Assembly: GCA_000320545.1 (NCBI GenBank)
Contig: ADNK01002290.1
Coordinates: 198,345-262,344, forward strand
Reading direction: 5' to 3'
From: Bigelowiella natans CCMP2755
Lineage: Eukaryota > Protista > Cercozoa
Length of the DNA: 64,000 nt
Below are positions 1 to 11,170 of this stretch, one piece after another; within the stretch, counting starts at the first letter, position 1; each line of letters begins with the position of its first letter. The position numbers and the translations under genes are program-made. The notes beneath the pieces were generated by a model. The model was not told where the DNA came from. It was given only the letters and a program-made list of their open reading frames with translations, and made no database searches.

Positions 1-1091
1 GGGTGGGATTTTCCACCCGCGAAGCTTGCACACTCAAACAGCATTCGCACCAAACTTGGAAAAAAGAAATTGAAAGCAAGTCCGTGTTTGGAGTGTCTGA
101 AGTGCGGGAAAAGCAAAGGTGGTCATTGGAATTTCAAGGTGCAGGGAACAAACGGAGGACTTCGTGCATGCTTGGGAGGAGCACCATCCCGAGGATTGGA
201 ACACCTCATTGGAAGTGGACCGCGCGTTCATCAGGGCACTCACGTTGCGAACCTGATGCGTTGAGGGCGGAAGCTCCGTGGATGGGACAAGTGCACCGCG
301 GCAAGCAAAACGTTCCACGGGACTCTCTGATGTCGGCAGAATGCACAAACGAAGATGAGGCCATGATGAAAGTTGGCCAAACGCAGTCATTTGAACTCAC
401 TGAAGGTGATGCCCCCCCACGGTGTGCACCTGGTGCCCCAAAACTCGACCAGCAAAAAAAAAGAGGAGGCGAATTGGTGTTCAAGGAAGGAAAAGATGGG
501 AAAAAAATGCCTGTCATGGAGAAGGAGGGCTGGCTAGGAAAGGCTGAAGGGAGAAAACAAACTTCACGGGAAAGGGGACTGTGGAAAGAAGGCACGACAG
601 CAGACGGAAGATCATCGAAGTGGGCAGGCGAGCGTGAAGACACGAGTGCTGCAAAAACGCTCGCAAAGTGCAGAGACTTTGCGAGTGAAGAATCAGCATT
701 GAAAAAATTCTTTGAAGAACACGGACATGCATTGGTCATGAGTCCGAAGGGCCACTCTGAAGTGGCTGGATCAGGAACAGAACGTTCCTGGGGAAAGACC
801 AAACGTGACCGGCGGAGGATGCCCATTGAGCAACGCACAAGTTCTCGCTTCTGCCAGGACTTGAACAAGCTGTTCCACAAGAACTCCCCACCTTTGGAGA
901 GAACGTGGAAGTGTGCACGTGAGGCAAGAGACTGTCGCCGCACGTGTCAAAAACTGGCAGAAGAGAAACCTTTGGAAAAGAGTGAATTGCACGAAATGGA
1001 AAGGATGATGGCCGAACAAAAATGCCATCGGTCTGTCCTGAGTTCCCACGTGTCACACTTGCGAAATGCACAAATTGACAACGTGACGTGA
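1..1091 (+). mobile_element. Degenerate IS630/Tc1-mariner-like DDE transposase relic (5' part outside window, frameshifted, hypermutated)
   Basis: Motifs across frames: LKCGKSKGGHWN (family YGK..GYW), D.SSGHS, GKAEGRKQTSRERGLW (KGLKQ.L.ERGL), CRDFASEESAL, GHALVMSPKGHSEVAGSGTERSWGKTKR (GH....PK.H.E..IEY.WG..K), RDCRRTC. No Tyr in the 362-aa ORF. Confidence 0.75.
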
Positions 1092-1390
1092 CGTGTGAAA
1101 ACACGTGCACATGGCACAGCACTTGTGTCCTCTTGTGTCGCCAAAAATCCTCTTGAGCGTGCTTGGATGGTCGAACTCACGCCCCAAAAAAACAAATGGA
1201 ATGGCCTGCCAATCGCACCCACCTGCTTCGTGGCATCCCCTCTTCAAGCTCCGCCCTGATGTGGGCTCTGCGATGGATGATGCCGCCCAACGATGCGTCA
1301 CACACACACGAAAGGACGAAGTTTGAGTCCATTTTCAAAAATCCCCTGCAATCGATGCGTTTTTTTTTTTTTTGAAGTTGGGATTTTTTT
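1..1390. other. TpA-depleted block 1
   Basis: Manual scan finds one TA dinucleotide in 1-1390, inside CTAG at 534-537. Confidence 0.9.
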
Positions 1391-1963
1391 GCTACATGCA
1401 AACATTTAGTGCAAATGGAACACAAATGTCATGTGTTTGTGTCTTCGTCAAGTTGACATGACGTGAATTTGCAGGGTGCGACTTGCAATCAAATGCTTTC
1501 TTTCTCGGCTATTCATTTGCTTTTTGGTGTGTCGCTGTTTGACAACTTTTCGATCGAACCACCCTACAGGTAGTAGGACATTAGGTCAATACCCTAGTCA
1601 TCTAAATACAGTGTTCACAATCACGTTGTCGCCACATGAAAGTGAAGTCATCATTAGCACAGATCGGGTTGTGAATTTTATCGTGCGACAATAACAAATG
1701 GGTGAAATCGCCAGTATGAAATCCCAGAGTCGGAACGTAGGAAAGAGACAGCTCCGAAAGGCAATGTATTTACAGATGCAGATCACGATTGCGTTTTGTG
1801 TTGTTTGCGGGGATGTGAGTAGCGTGCGCATGCAGCGATAGCAACAACTGATTTGATTAGACTAATATACTCACATGTTCAATCATATTGAGACTGCGGT
1901 TTGTTGTTCCATACTGTGCGTAGACACACAAAGCCCGTTGAGGACAACATAACTTAGCTCACG

Positions 1964-3794
1964 ATGAAATTCGGAAAGAAGCTGTGTAAGTACATGCAGT
2001 TGAATGAGGACTCCGCAAACATGCTAATAAACTACAAGTCCCTGAAGAAAGCCATAAAAGAGATGCAGGCGGGGGACAAATCCGAGACTGATCGTGAGGA
2101 GAAGGAAATATATTTCGGCCACCTGCTGCTCAGTGAGATCAAGAGAGTCGACGCAAACTTTCATCAGACAATTTCTTCACTGGCTCAAAAGAAATCGGCA
2201 ATAAACCCTCCATCAGACGAAGGCAAAGATGTGTCCTCGGATGACGAACAGCTTGATCAGAGTGCAAAACAGCTAACGAACTACGCGCACCTCAACACTG
2301 AAGCCGTTCGTAAAATAGTAAAAAAGTTCAAGAAGAAAGTCCTGGAGGAACCGTCACCAAGGATCGAAGCGAAGCTCAGCAATAACGTATTGGCCCCTGA
2401 TATGAAGCTGTCCAGCCCTGGCAGCCCATCCGCGTTGGATCGAATAATCAATCGCGCGCGTGAAAGGTCCTATTTCTCAAAAGCAGCATCAACAATACGA
2501 TATAGACCCAGGATCGATAGAGAGGCGAGCACAGCGTTGTTGCCCGCACAGTCGACAGTAGATAAAAATGGGGGATTCACTGGGGGACAAACAGTATCCA
2601 TTCGGCCGTCAGCTTTGGCATATACAAAGGTTGGGATTAGCTTCTCGCTGTTGATGGTTATGATTTACCAGTTAAGTATTGACCTGGGTGTCAATGGAGA
2701 ATATGACTCACTCGGCCAAATTGAGAGCTATGCGGTATTTCGCTCGCTCGGCCTGTTATGTCTCTTGGGCTTTTTTTGGACGATTACTCGCATCATCTGG
2801 AAGCTCTCAAGAGTTGGTATATTACTTCACTTTGGTATAATATGATCTGTTCTTCGCTGACGTTCTCCGTACTCATTCTTGTTCAGATGAAGAGGAGATC
2901 ATAGTGTGCGCATGGACTGAGACTCCTGCGCACACAATTGAGTGGTGGCTCAGCATGTTCATCACCTTCGCTTTGACGTTTGTGTTGTATCTGTCTGCCT
3001 CCCACTGGTCCGTTGGCAACAAGCACTTGCACATCTTTCCTCTCGTTCTATTATTGCTGTTCTCCATCGTCGGACTCTCGCCTTATCGGAGATTCAGGTT
3101 CTATAATATGGCAGGATTGAGCATATTTGAATGTGGTCTCATGCTGCCCGGATTCCATGCAAACCCTTTCAGGAACACGCTAGGCTACCTTCAAAGAGTA
3201 TTCCTATCTCCATTTAGGTCGTATTCAAGTATCACATTTGTTGCTATGGGTGCATGGCCAAAATTGTACTCTGAACATATATGGTGAAAGTCTCTATGAT
3301 CTTTGTGGGATGATGTTCTCTCTTAACGCTCGAATATGATTCTTCTCTTGTGGTCACAGCGAACCTTCGTTTACAGCGGTCCTCGTGGCCGATGTCATGA
3401 CCAGCCTTTCACCAATATTCGCGGATCTTGTTTTCACTTCGTGTTACTACGGGAGTAGCATGTTCCAGCTAAATTTTCCTTCATCTCGAAGGAATATCTG
3501 TTGGCGCTCCAGATTTGGGATAAGAGGTGTAGTTATGGTGATTCCCTTGTGGCTTCGATTGGCTCAATGTTTCAGGGGCTACTACGATGCAGGAGAGATA
3601 AAAAGCCTCCTGAATGCTGGTAAGAGGCGTTGTTAGGGGCACAAGATCATCACTATGCTCATCTCTCATAACGATTCAGGCAAATACTCCTCGTCCATCC
3701 TGGTGGTTGCACTAGGGGCTTTCCTAGACAAGGAAAAGTCAGCCCCTATTCGGATCACGGCTGCTATATTTAAGTGCGTGTGCTTGTCTATCGC

Positions 3795-3838
<44 letters not shown>

Positions 3839-4477
3839 CTCTCTCTCTCTAGGACGACATGCCATTCATTTAGTTTTGTGCGGTGTCATCAGTACCATGT
3901 TCGTCACATATTGGGACTCCGTAAGGGATTGGGGGTTATGCTCGTGCCAGCACCGGATGCTAAGACAGAGGCTCAAATTCCCGCAATGGGTATACAAGCA
4001 AATACTTGTTGATACCGTGAATGGAGAGCTTCAATTGCTATGCGTCAGGTGTATTACTTCGCGCTTTGTACGAATCCTGTTCTCCGGTTGCTCTGGACTC
4101 TAGTTCTCGTCAACTTTCGATTCGAAGAGGATAGCGATTTTTCGCAGGTAGAACTATGCACCGATCCGCCCATTCGTTTCCACATGGGGTTTCAGACTTG
4201 ACAGAGGGGGGGAGCTCTTTATGACTATTTTGCTGTCCCAGGCTTTCTATCTGCCAATTCTAGCAGCCTTTGAAATTTATCGGCGTTCACAATGGTAAGG
4301 AACTGTATTCTTTGTGAAAGCACGTTATTGGAGATCTCTCATGATAGTGTGTTTCATTCCAGGATGGTGTTGCGCGTCGAGTGGGAAAATGCCAAAAGGG
4401 AGATAAGCTCACAAGATCAAAACAATAATGCTTTACAGAATTCTTTCGTGGAGTCGACAGAGATGTGCAGATTGTGA
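1964..4477 (+). CDS. SPX-EXS phosphate exporter (PHO1/XPR1/SYG1 family), about 8 exons
   Basis: N-terminal MKFGK..., INYKSLKKAIK and LNTEAVRKIVKKFKK (SPX). TM exons with ADVMTSLS, PLWLRLAQCFR, LLNAGKYSS, YWDSVRDWGL, EIYRRSQW|MVLRVEWE (EXS). GT-AG introns restore the frame. Confidence 0.92.
3798..3850. repeat. (CT)n microsatellite in intron
   Basis: Direct reading. Confidence 0.95.
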
Positions 4478-4559
4478 AAAAAATCATATACATGTGCCGT
4501 CGCACACATAATGCCAAAACATATCAACAAACACTTGTAAACTTAACGTCTGCCTTGAT

Positions 4560-6300
4560 TGAATTTCATTGTCATTTGCATTGCATTGTTGCAATCTAGC
4601 AATCATAACAGCCACATGCTAGCATGGCCGGACGTCTCTAGATTTTGCCAATCATTTGTTTGCCGCACGCAACGCGTTGCGCTCATGCATTCTTCATCTC
4701 TTAGTCATTCATTCAGGCATTCAGTTGCATTGTCTGACAGCATGCAGATGATGCAGCCTAGCTTGGCATGAATCTGAGGCCGTGCGCGGGTTGTTGCTTC
4801 ACTGCAGTAGGCAGAAGAGCTGTGACTTGGGGCATTGACAAGTTTGTTGCCACGCCGTGTTTCAATGGTTTTTCAAAGAATCAAACGACAAATCCATTGA
4901 ACAAAAAAAAACGCAAAAAAGAGCTTGAACAACAAACACTTAACGATCACCATGTGAACGAACGCTTCGGCGTGAAAAGTGTGTGTTGCTAGTGTTGTTG
5001 TGTGTGCAGTGTGTGCGTTTCCAAGCAAAAAGTGTGGCGCGCAGCGCCCTGTCTCCAGCCTCCAGCCTCACACACACAGCGTGCGCAGCCCGCAACTTTT
5101 TCAGGGGCCATTGCAACCTCTGTGCGCAGTTGAACAGGGGTCATTGATGAGCTCTGTTGCGCATTGACGGAGGCCAGTGGAGCGCGAACAGAGGTCACCG
5201 TGGCCCATCCTCCGTTTGCCAAGCGGTGTGCCAAGGACATTCGACCCTGGAGTCTTTGTGTGCAAAGGAGAAACCGGCATCTGCATCATCAGATCATGGA
5301 TCGACGACCTCATTGTTGTTTGCGACAACCCCAAGTTGCGAGAGAGACTTGTCTCTGCTCTCAATGCCAAGTTCGGCGCAAAGGATCTGGGTGGACGAAC
5401 CAAGCTTGGTGTTCAGGGATGCAAGTTCGAAAGACAAAGAAGGTGATTGTTGCTTGTTGAACCAACAACCGCTCATCGAGCGTTTGGTCAATGACTTTGT
5501 GGAAGACGGTGAGAAGCACTGTTCACTGCCAATGGATCCTCGGATGAAACTGTGTTCTGCAGGACATGCCAGCATGGGGACATTGCGCGCGCGCGTGTGT
5601 GTGTGTGTGTCATGTGACACGTGTGCCACGCTGAAAGACATGGATCATCTCCTTCCATGCAAGAAGTGTGAACATCAACAGCTCAGATCAAAAAACCAAT
5701 TGACGGCCATGATGAATCGCAATGCGACGAAACGAAGCGTCTGACAATGACAGAACACGAGAAAAAAGGGCTCGCATCGCTGCACGCACTGCGCGCACCG
5801 CCCGACGACATCGACGACATCGACGGCAGGACAGCAATGCTTTCAAATGCATGCAACGTCTGATGCAAGAAACAAATGGACTTGACCCAAGCGCCATGGC
5901 TGCTGCTCCGCACAGCTCCATTGGGATGACCATTGAAAATTTTTGATCATTTCATTGCACCCGTCTTGCACATCTAGGCATGCTAGCATGTGCAGATTTG
6001 TGTGTGTGTGTGTGTGTGTGCACATGCATGTGCATAATGGACATCACATTGCTGTTGCTGTGTCCATTGTCCTGTGTGACATGGGACATGCGAACACGGC
6101 CATAGACGGTGGCGCCTTGCCCAGTTATTAGAGCACATTGACGATGCATGACAATGGACATGCATGCACATGATGTGCACTGTGTCCATGGTGCGAGGCA
6201 ACATGTGATGCTCTAGATGCTGTGATTTCACCCCATGAATTCATTTCACACAAGGAGCCAAGGAAAGCCTAATCCATGCTGGCCACATCTAGATGTTTGG
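4560..6300. other. TpA-depleted block 2 (between convergent genes)
   Basis: No TA between CTAG 4989-4992 and CTAG 5974-5977 by manual scan. Surviving TAs on the flanks are mostly CTAG/TAG. Confidence 0.9.
5240..5552 (+). mobile_element. Ty1/copia reverse transcriptase (RVT_2) relic, frameshifted
   Basis: FDPGVFVCK...IIRSWIDDLIV...LNAKFGAKDLG then LNQQPLIERLVNDF...PMDPRMKL. This matches the copia order DPC.Y...YVDD...F..KDLG...L.Q..YI..L...F...PM. Confidence 0.8.
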
Positions 6301-6317
6301 GCGATTATCAACTGCAT

Positions 6318-9300
6318 TTAGATGCGCTTGAATGACAGCACAGCTAGAAATCCACATTGTAATGGCCTGAGGGGATGAAGCATTCTCCTAGCATGAGGGT
6401 TTAGAAACTTAGTCAGTTTGAATCCTGCTATGGGGTCTACTTTGGATCTTTGACAGATGAATCCCAAACTATCACCAGCTTTAGCACAATGTATAGAGAA
6501 TGAAACTGTGCGCAAAGAGTTGTGACAAATTTTGCATTCACCTGGTTCAAGAATTGGCCAATCAAAATCGTAGTCAATGGGAGTTAGAATGCTTTCTAAA
6601 CTTCGGTCGTCATCTTCGCAGTATCTAATGTTGGCAAGATCCTCATCTCTATCAAGAGCAGCAGCCCCGAATAAAAATTCGCGGATTGTTTTGGCTTTCA
6701 ACAGCAAAACTTTCTTCTGGATAAATTTTTGGAAACTTTCTGTCATCTTGCATTTGCAGGACACCGAAGCAATTAGAATTTCAGAGAGCTTTAAAAAGGT
6801 TTGTCCAGGAGTGTCGGAATCATCAAGCTCGTGTTGCACATGCGGAAGAATCTTGGTGAGGTTCTAGATTAGACAGGATTTTCCATTCGATGTTGTAATC
6901 AGTGTAAATATGCAATGTATGTGAATAAGGATCAAGTCAGAAATCTTCTAAATTTTTTGTAAACCTTGCCACATTCTGCCTTCATCATAGAAGAAACCTC
7001 TTCGATGAGCACCTGGAATGCATGATCGCCATAAATCATTGGCGATACTGAAATATGAGAATCCAAAATGAGTGCTTTAGTGGAGCGAATCTCGTTCGTT
7101 GACCCTCCATCATCTTTCAACTTCGGCGAGAAGCTAACATACGCAGCAATCTGAAACAACAATCTAAGTGAGGTAAAGGAAGTATTCTTTGAAATATGTA
7201 TAATTAGGCATAGGTACAACTATTTTAGTACATCAACCCTAATGAAGCTCTCAAATCTATATTTAAGATCTTTTATCCAATGATCAATTCCATGTTGAAG
7301 CCGATCGACCTCACTAGAGTCAAATTCACTTTCAGAATCATATTCATCGCTACTTCCGTAGATATATTGATCATCCAGGACGCACTGTACCCATTGCGCG
7401 GCAACTTCATCGTCATCTATATTTTCAGGAACATCATTTAAAAACCCTAAAATCTCACATCGATTGCGGACTTCTTTACAAATTTTTTTCCCGAGAATTT
7501 GAAGAATATGCTTAGCCACTTTAAAAACTAAAGGCAAGTATTCCTTGTTCCCACAGCATATAAGGTAATAACAAAGACTTTCAATGCCATATGAATGAGT
7601 TCCAACATCCAAGTGTGATCCTTTCTCTCTGTACGACCTCAAAGTGACGTGGAGCATGTGCTTCGCAAACTTCACATCATTTTTGTCGATGACAATTTTA
7701 GCAAGAAGTTCCCAGGTTTTTGACGGTCGCATATATGAAGAGAACACAGAGCTGCTTAATTCCATCCTAGATGCTTGTTGTCCCCTTTCTAAGAGCCAAC
7801 CCTTTAGTTGGGATTCGATAGATTGCTTATCATCATTTGTGCAACAAAATCGAAGGGCCTGTGTTGGAAAGAAACATGCCGACGTAAATTTGCAGGGAAA
7901 TATAGTTCTTGTTTTTGCATCAATGCCCAGTCCAATGTTTAATGTTCAAAGTATCGATTACTTTCTCATAAAGAAACACGGTGGGAGCCCGCATGAAACG
8001 AGCTACAATCTTAGTGCAAAAGATATGCTTCAAGTCTGAAGAAAGTACGCTGCCGTTGTCCGTTCTTATAGCGTTGAATCCTTTCCCGTCGAAATCTATC
8101 TGCTTATATCATCTTTATCAATATGACTAATAGACTGAGCAGTATGATGTAATCTTTACCTTCTCAGCCAAAGATACCCAATTAGACAGTTTCTCGGGGG
8201 AGAGTACGATCTCAGCAAGGTTGAGTATCAATATCCAGCTACTCCAAACCTCGAGAGATGAAGTGAGAAGCAGTGAGAAAAATGGGAAGGAAGGAAAAAC
8301 AACTACGGAAAAATCAATTATTGCTTCTCTAACTGAGGGCACACACATGAGGGTATCATACTTGTTGCCAAATTGGATTCCGTTTGCAGCCATCGAAACT
8401 AAAATTTGGATCATGATAGTTTATAATCCATTGCTTGGAGTGCCCTAACGAAGTAAATTACAGGGTATTAAAATGAAATAGACGACTCTCAATTGTGGAT
8501 TTGGCTTGTTTTAACAAGAATCTAAAGATCTAAAGATTAGCACCGTTTAGGACACTTAGTTCGTTGTGCAATGTTTCCATAACAAAGAGATGATACTCGA
8601 CCATATTTTCATCTAGAATGAGGTAGAATCATTTATTGCAAAGGTAGATGCGTTTTCCTCGCAATTATTAGTTAATCATATAAGCGTACGAAACCTCGGT
8701 CATCTTTCCTTGTTTGCTCTTCACAGAAAATTTTAATGTGCTCCAAAAGTTTAAGTATTTCGTCGCATAGATTGAACATAATCTGATGTTCCATCTTGGG
8801 GTTCATTTTGAGATTCTTTTGTAGACTGAGATGAATTAAATTTCAGCCCCAAGTTTCGACGCAACATTTGTTCTAAATGTAAGAATGTGTACCGTATAAA
8901 TAACTCCGTGACGATACTTTTTAGGTTCTGATCGGATTGTTTCCTGTACACAATTTTCCTTATCCTTTTTCGATTCCCTTCTTTCTTGAGAATTGAAAGA
9001 TTTAAAGGTATTTCGTTATCCCCTTGATCTAAATTCTCATTACGTCTGGCTTTAGCGGCTTGAGCATATGCTCTTGTGTTTGTGTGACAACAAAATGAAT
9101 GAGAGAAAGCCCAGCAGATTGTATACAAGAGAAATGAAAGGAAAAAGGAGGATTTTCTCCAAATGACAAATGACATCAAGACATGAAGAGCTGCATGTAG
9201 ATGCAGTAGATACTTGTTACCCACAGAGTGGTGTCACGTATGTAAAAGGATCATGAAATCATGAAATGAACACATATAAAATGGAAATGAAAACATTCAC

Positions 9301-9887
9301 GAAACAACTAAAGGAAAGATGTAGAAGCCAAAAGCAAGGACATGGATGTAGATAACCTCGCAGCTTCTTCGGCTACCGCAAAATAACCCAGGTAGTAACT
9401 GTGATTTCGCAATTTATCATTCTTCATTGAAAGTGTCAAAACAAAGTAGACCAAAATTCACATGAATACATCCATTGAATAGCTCAAAAAATTCTATTTG
9501 ACATTTAACATTTGTTAAATAGACCTTTTTCCTTTGATCACGATTTTAGCTCCGAATTTTCTATATTGTTTTTTGTAATAAACACCGAGGTACTAGATGT
9601 CAACAAATTCCATGTCAGAATGATCAGAAACAACATCAACACAACGAACAGATGTACGATGTACACGCTGGAACCTTAGCTGCAAGAGCTCTTTCTTCCT
9701 CAATGTTCATCACATTTTCCTTAGGTTTCATTTTTTCCATTAGATGCTTTGGCTGGGGCATTGATTGATTTGGAGTTTGAATGGGAATTGTAGTAGATTC
9801 CATGACACCAACAACGAGTGTTCGCGTTGACAAAAACGGTGGCAAAAGTGTCTGAATTTTGTTGTTTTTCCTTGTCGTAACTGCCAT
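6318..9887 (-). CDS. AP2-domain DNA-binding protein with long uncharacterised C-terminus, multi-exon
   Basis: Splicing small exons (ending 9675, about 9592-9525, about 9398-9357, from about 9072) gives AAK|YLGVYYKKQYRKFGAKIVIKGKS|YYLGYFAVAEEAAR|AYAQAA, the AP2 signature with consistent phases. ORFs 7220-7765, 6932-7219 and 6318-6839 link by GT-AG introns. Start uncertain. Confidence 0.75.
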
Positions 9888-9889
9888 TC

Positions 9890-11170
9890 AGGACGTGTCA
9901 ATTTTTCGAGAAGAAACGTCTTCGCGGGGATTCACATCAATCAATCAATCGTTCCATCTTTGGAATTTCTTGCAGTGCACGTCAGTTGGTGCCAGTTCAA
10001 GCTCCCACTTCATTCATTCATTGAAGCATCCTCGCATTGCGGTGTCTGTGGATGGACACTTGCGAATTGTGCCTCGCATCCATTGGTTGGTGAGATGCCA
10101 TCAAGTGAAGGCGGGCATCGGAGAATTGATCTCACTCTTCCTGTTCAGACCACCTTCTCCATTGGATGGGTGAGGAGCGAAGATCTCGATCTCAGTTGCT
10201 CACTTTTTGCACGACGTTCGTTTTGGTTTGTGAATTTGAATCGCTCATTTTTGGTTGTCGCACGCCCAAGATGAACAAGATCCACGCATGCACTGGTTTT
10301 TTGTCGTCACGGCCGGCAACTGAATTGTGTCCATTTTCACCCTTTTGTTCAGATGTTGCGGCTGGTGCGAGCATCCTCATCCGGCAAACGCGGGCTCAAT
10401 GGCGGCTCCATCAAAGACGTTCTTCGCGCCGTGAACGACGAGGTAGTGGAACCGTTGGGTGTTGGGCAAGAAACACAGAATGTGTTGCAGGGCAGGCGCA
10501 GTGGCGCACCAGTCCAAGGAAGGAAGGCCTACTTCGAGGTGATCGGCCTCGACAGGACAAGAACGTGCAAGGCCAGATTGCAATGATTGCATCGGAGAAA
10601 GATCTGATGAATGAGAGAATTGACTGGCTTTTCTGTTCCAGGACCAATGTTTCGACTCGTGCGAATGATCATCAGAGGCTGTGAAAGAAAAAGCAGCTTC
10701 AATGTGGTGCGGGTCACATGGCCATCCATTTGTCCATTCAAACTGCTGCGCGCACGTCACAGCTGAATGACCACCGCTGTGTTGTGTGCGTGCTGAACAC
10801 CTGCACCACAGCTTGCTAGCTTGACAGCTAGACAGCACTGGCTCCAAACCTGCAATTTGTGAGAATTTTTGTGCAATTAGCCAGTCCTGCATGCTGCATG
10901 GCATGCCTAGATGCGTGCACAGCGCACGCGCGAAACATGTGTAACCGCACAGACACAGTGCACATTGTGTGCATTGCACGTGTAATCACTCCTTGCACAC
11001 TTTGGCACGCTAGCACGACAGTGCCTGCTCCAGTGCTGTGGTTGAAAACACATTGCACTCGTGGAAATCTCAGTTGCGCAAATGTGCACAGTGCTGAACT
11101 TTTGTTGTTTTGTGCACGTTTTCCAGAACTTGTCGATGCTTCAGTGCATTGAGTTGTTCGCAGCACAACT
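9890..11170. other. TpA-depleted block 3 (unidentified decayed sequence)
   Basis: About ten TAs in about 1.3 kb, half in CTAG (10816, 10828, 10907, 11010, 11169). Overlapping ORFs on both strands, consistent with loss of TAA/TAG. Confidence 0.85.

Noticed and set aside
34-1425. Many overlapping ORFs on both strands (also at 4559-6231, 9859-11166, 59887-61444)
   Set aside because: Expected by-product of TpA loss removing TAA/TAG stops. The translations are C/H/M-rich and Tyr-poor, not real genes.
7766-7815. SAP-like QLKGWLLERGQQAS segment on the minus strand
   Set aside because: Only a partial match, lacking the G.K..L second half.
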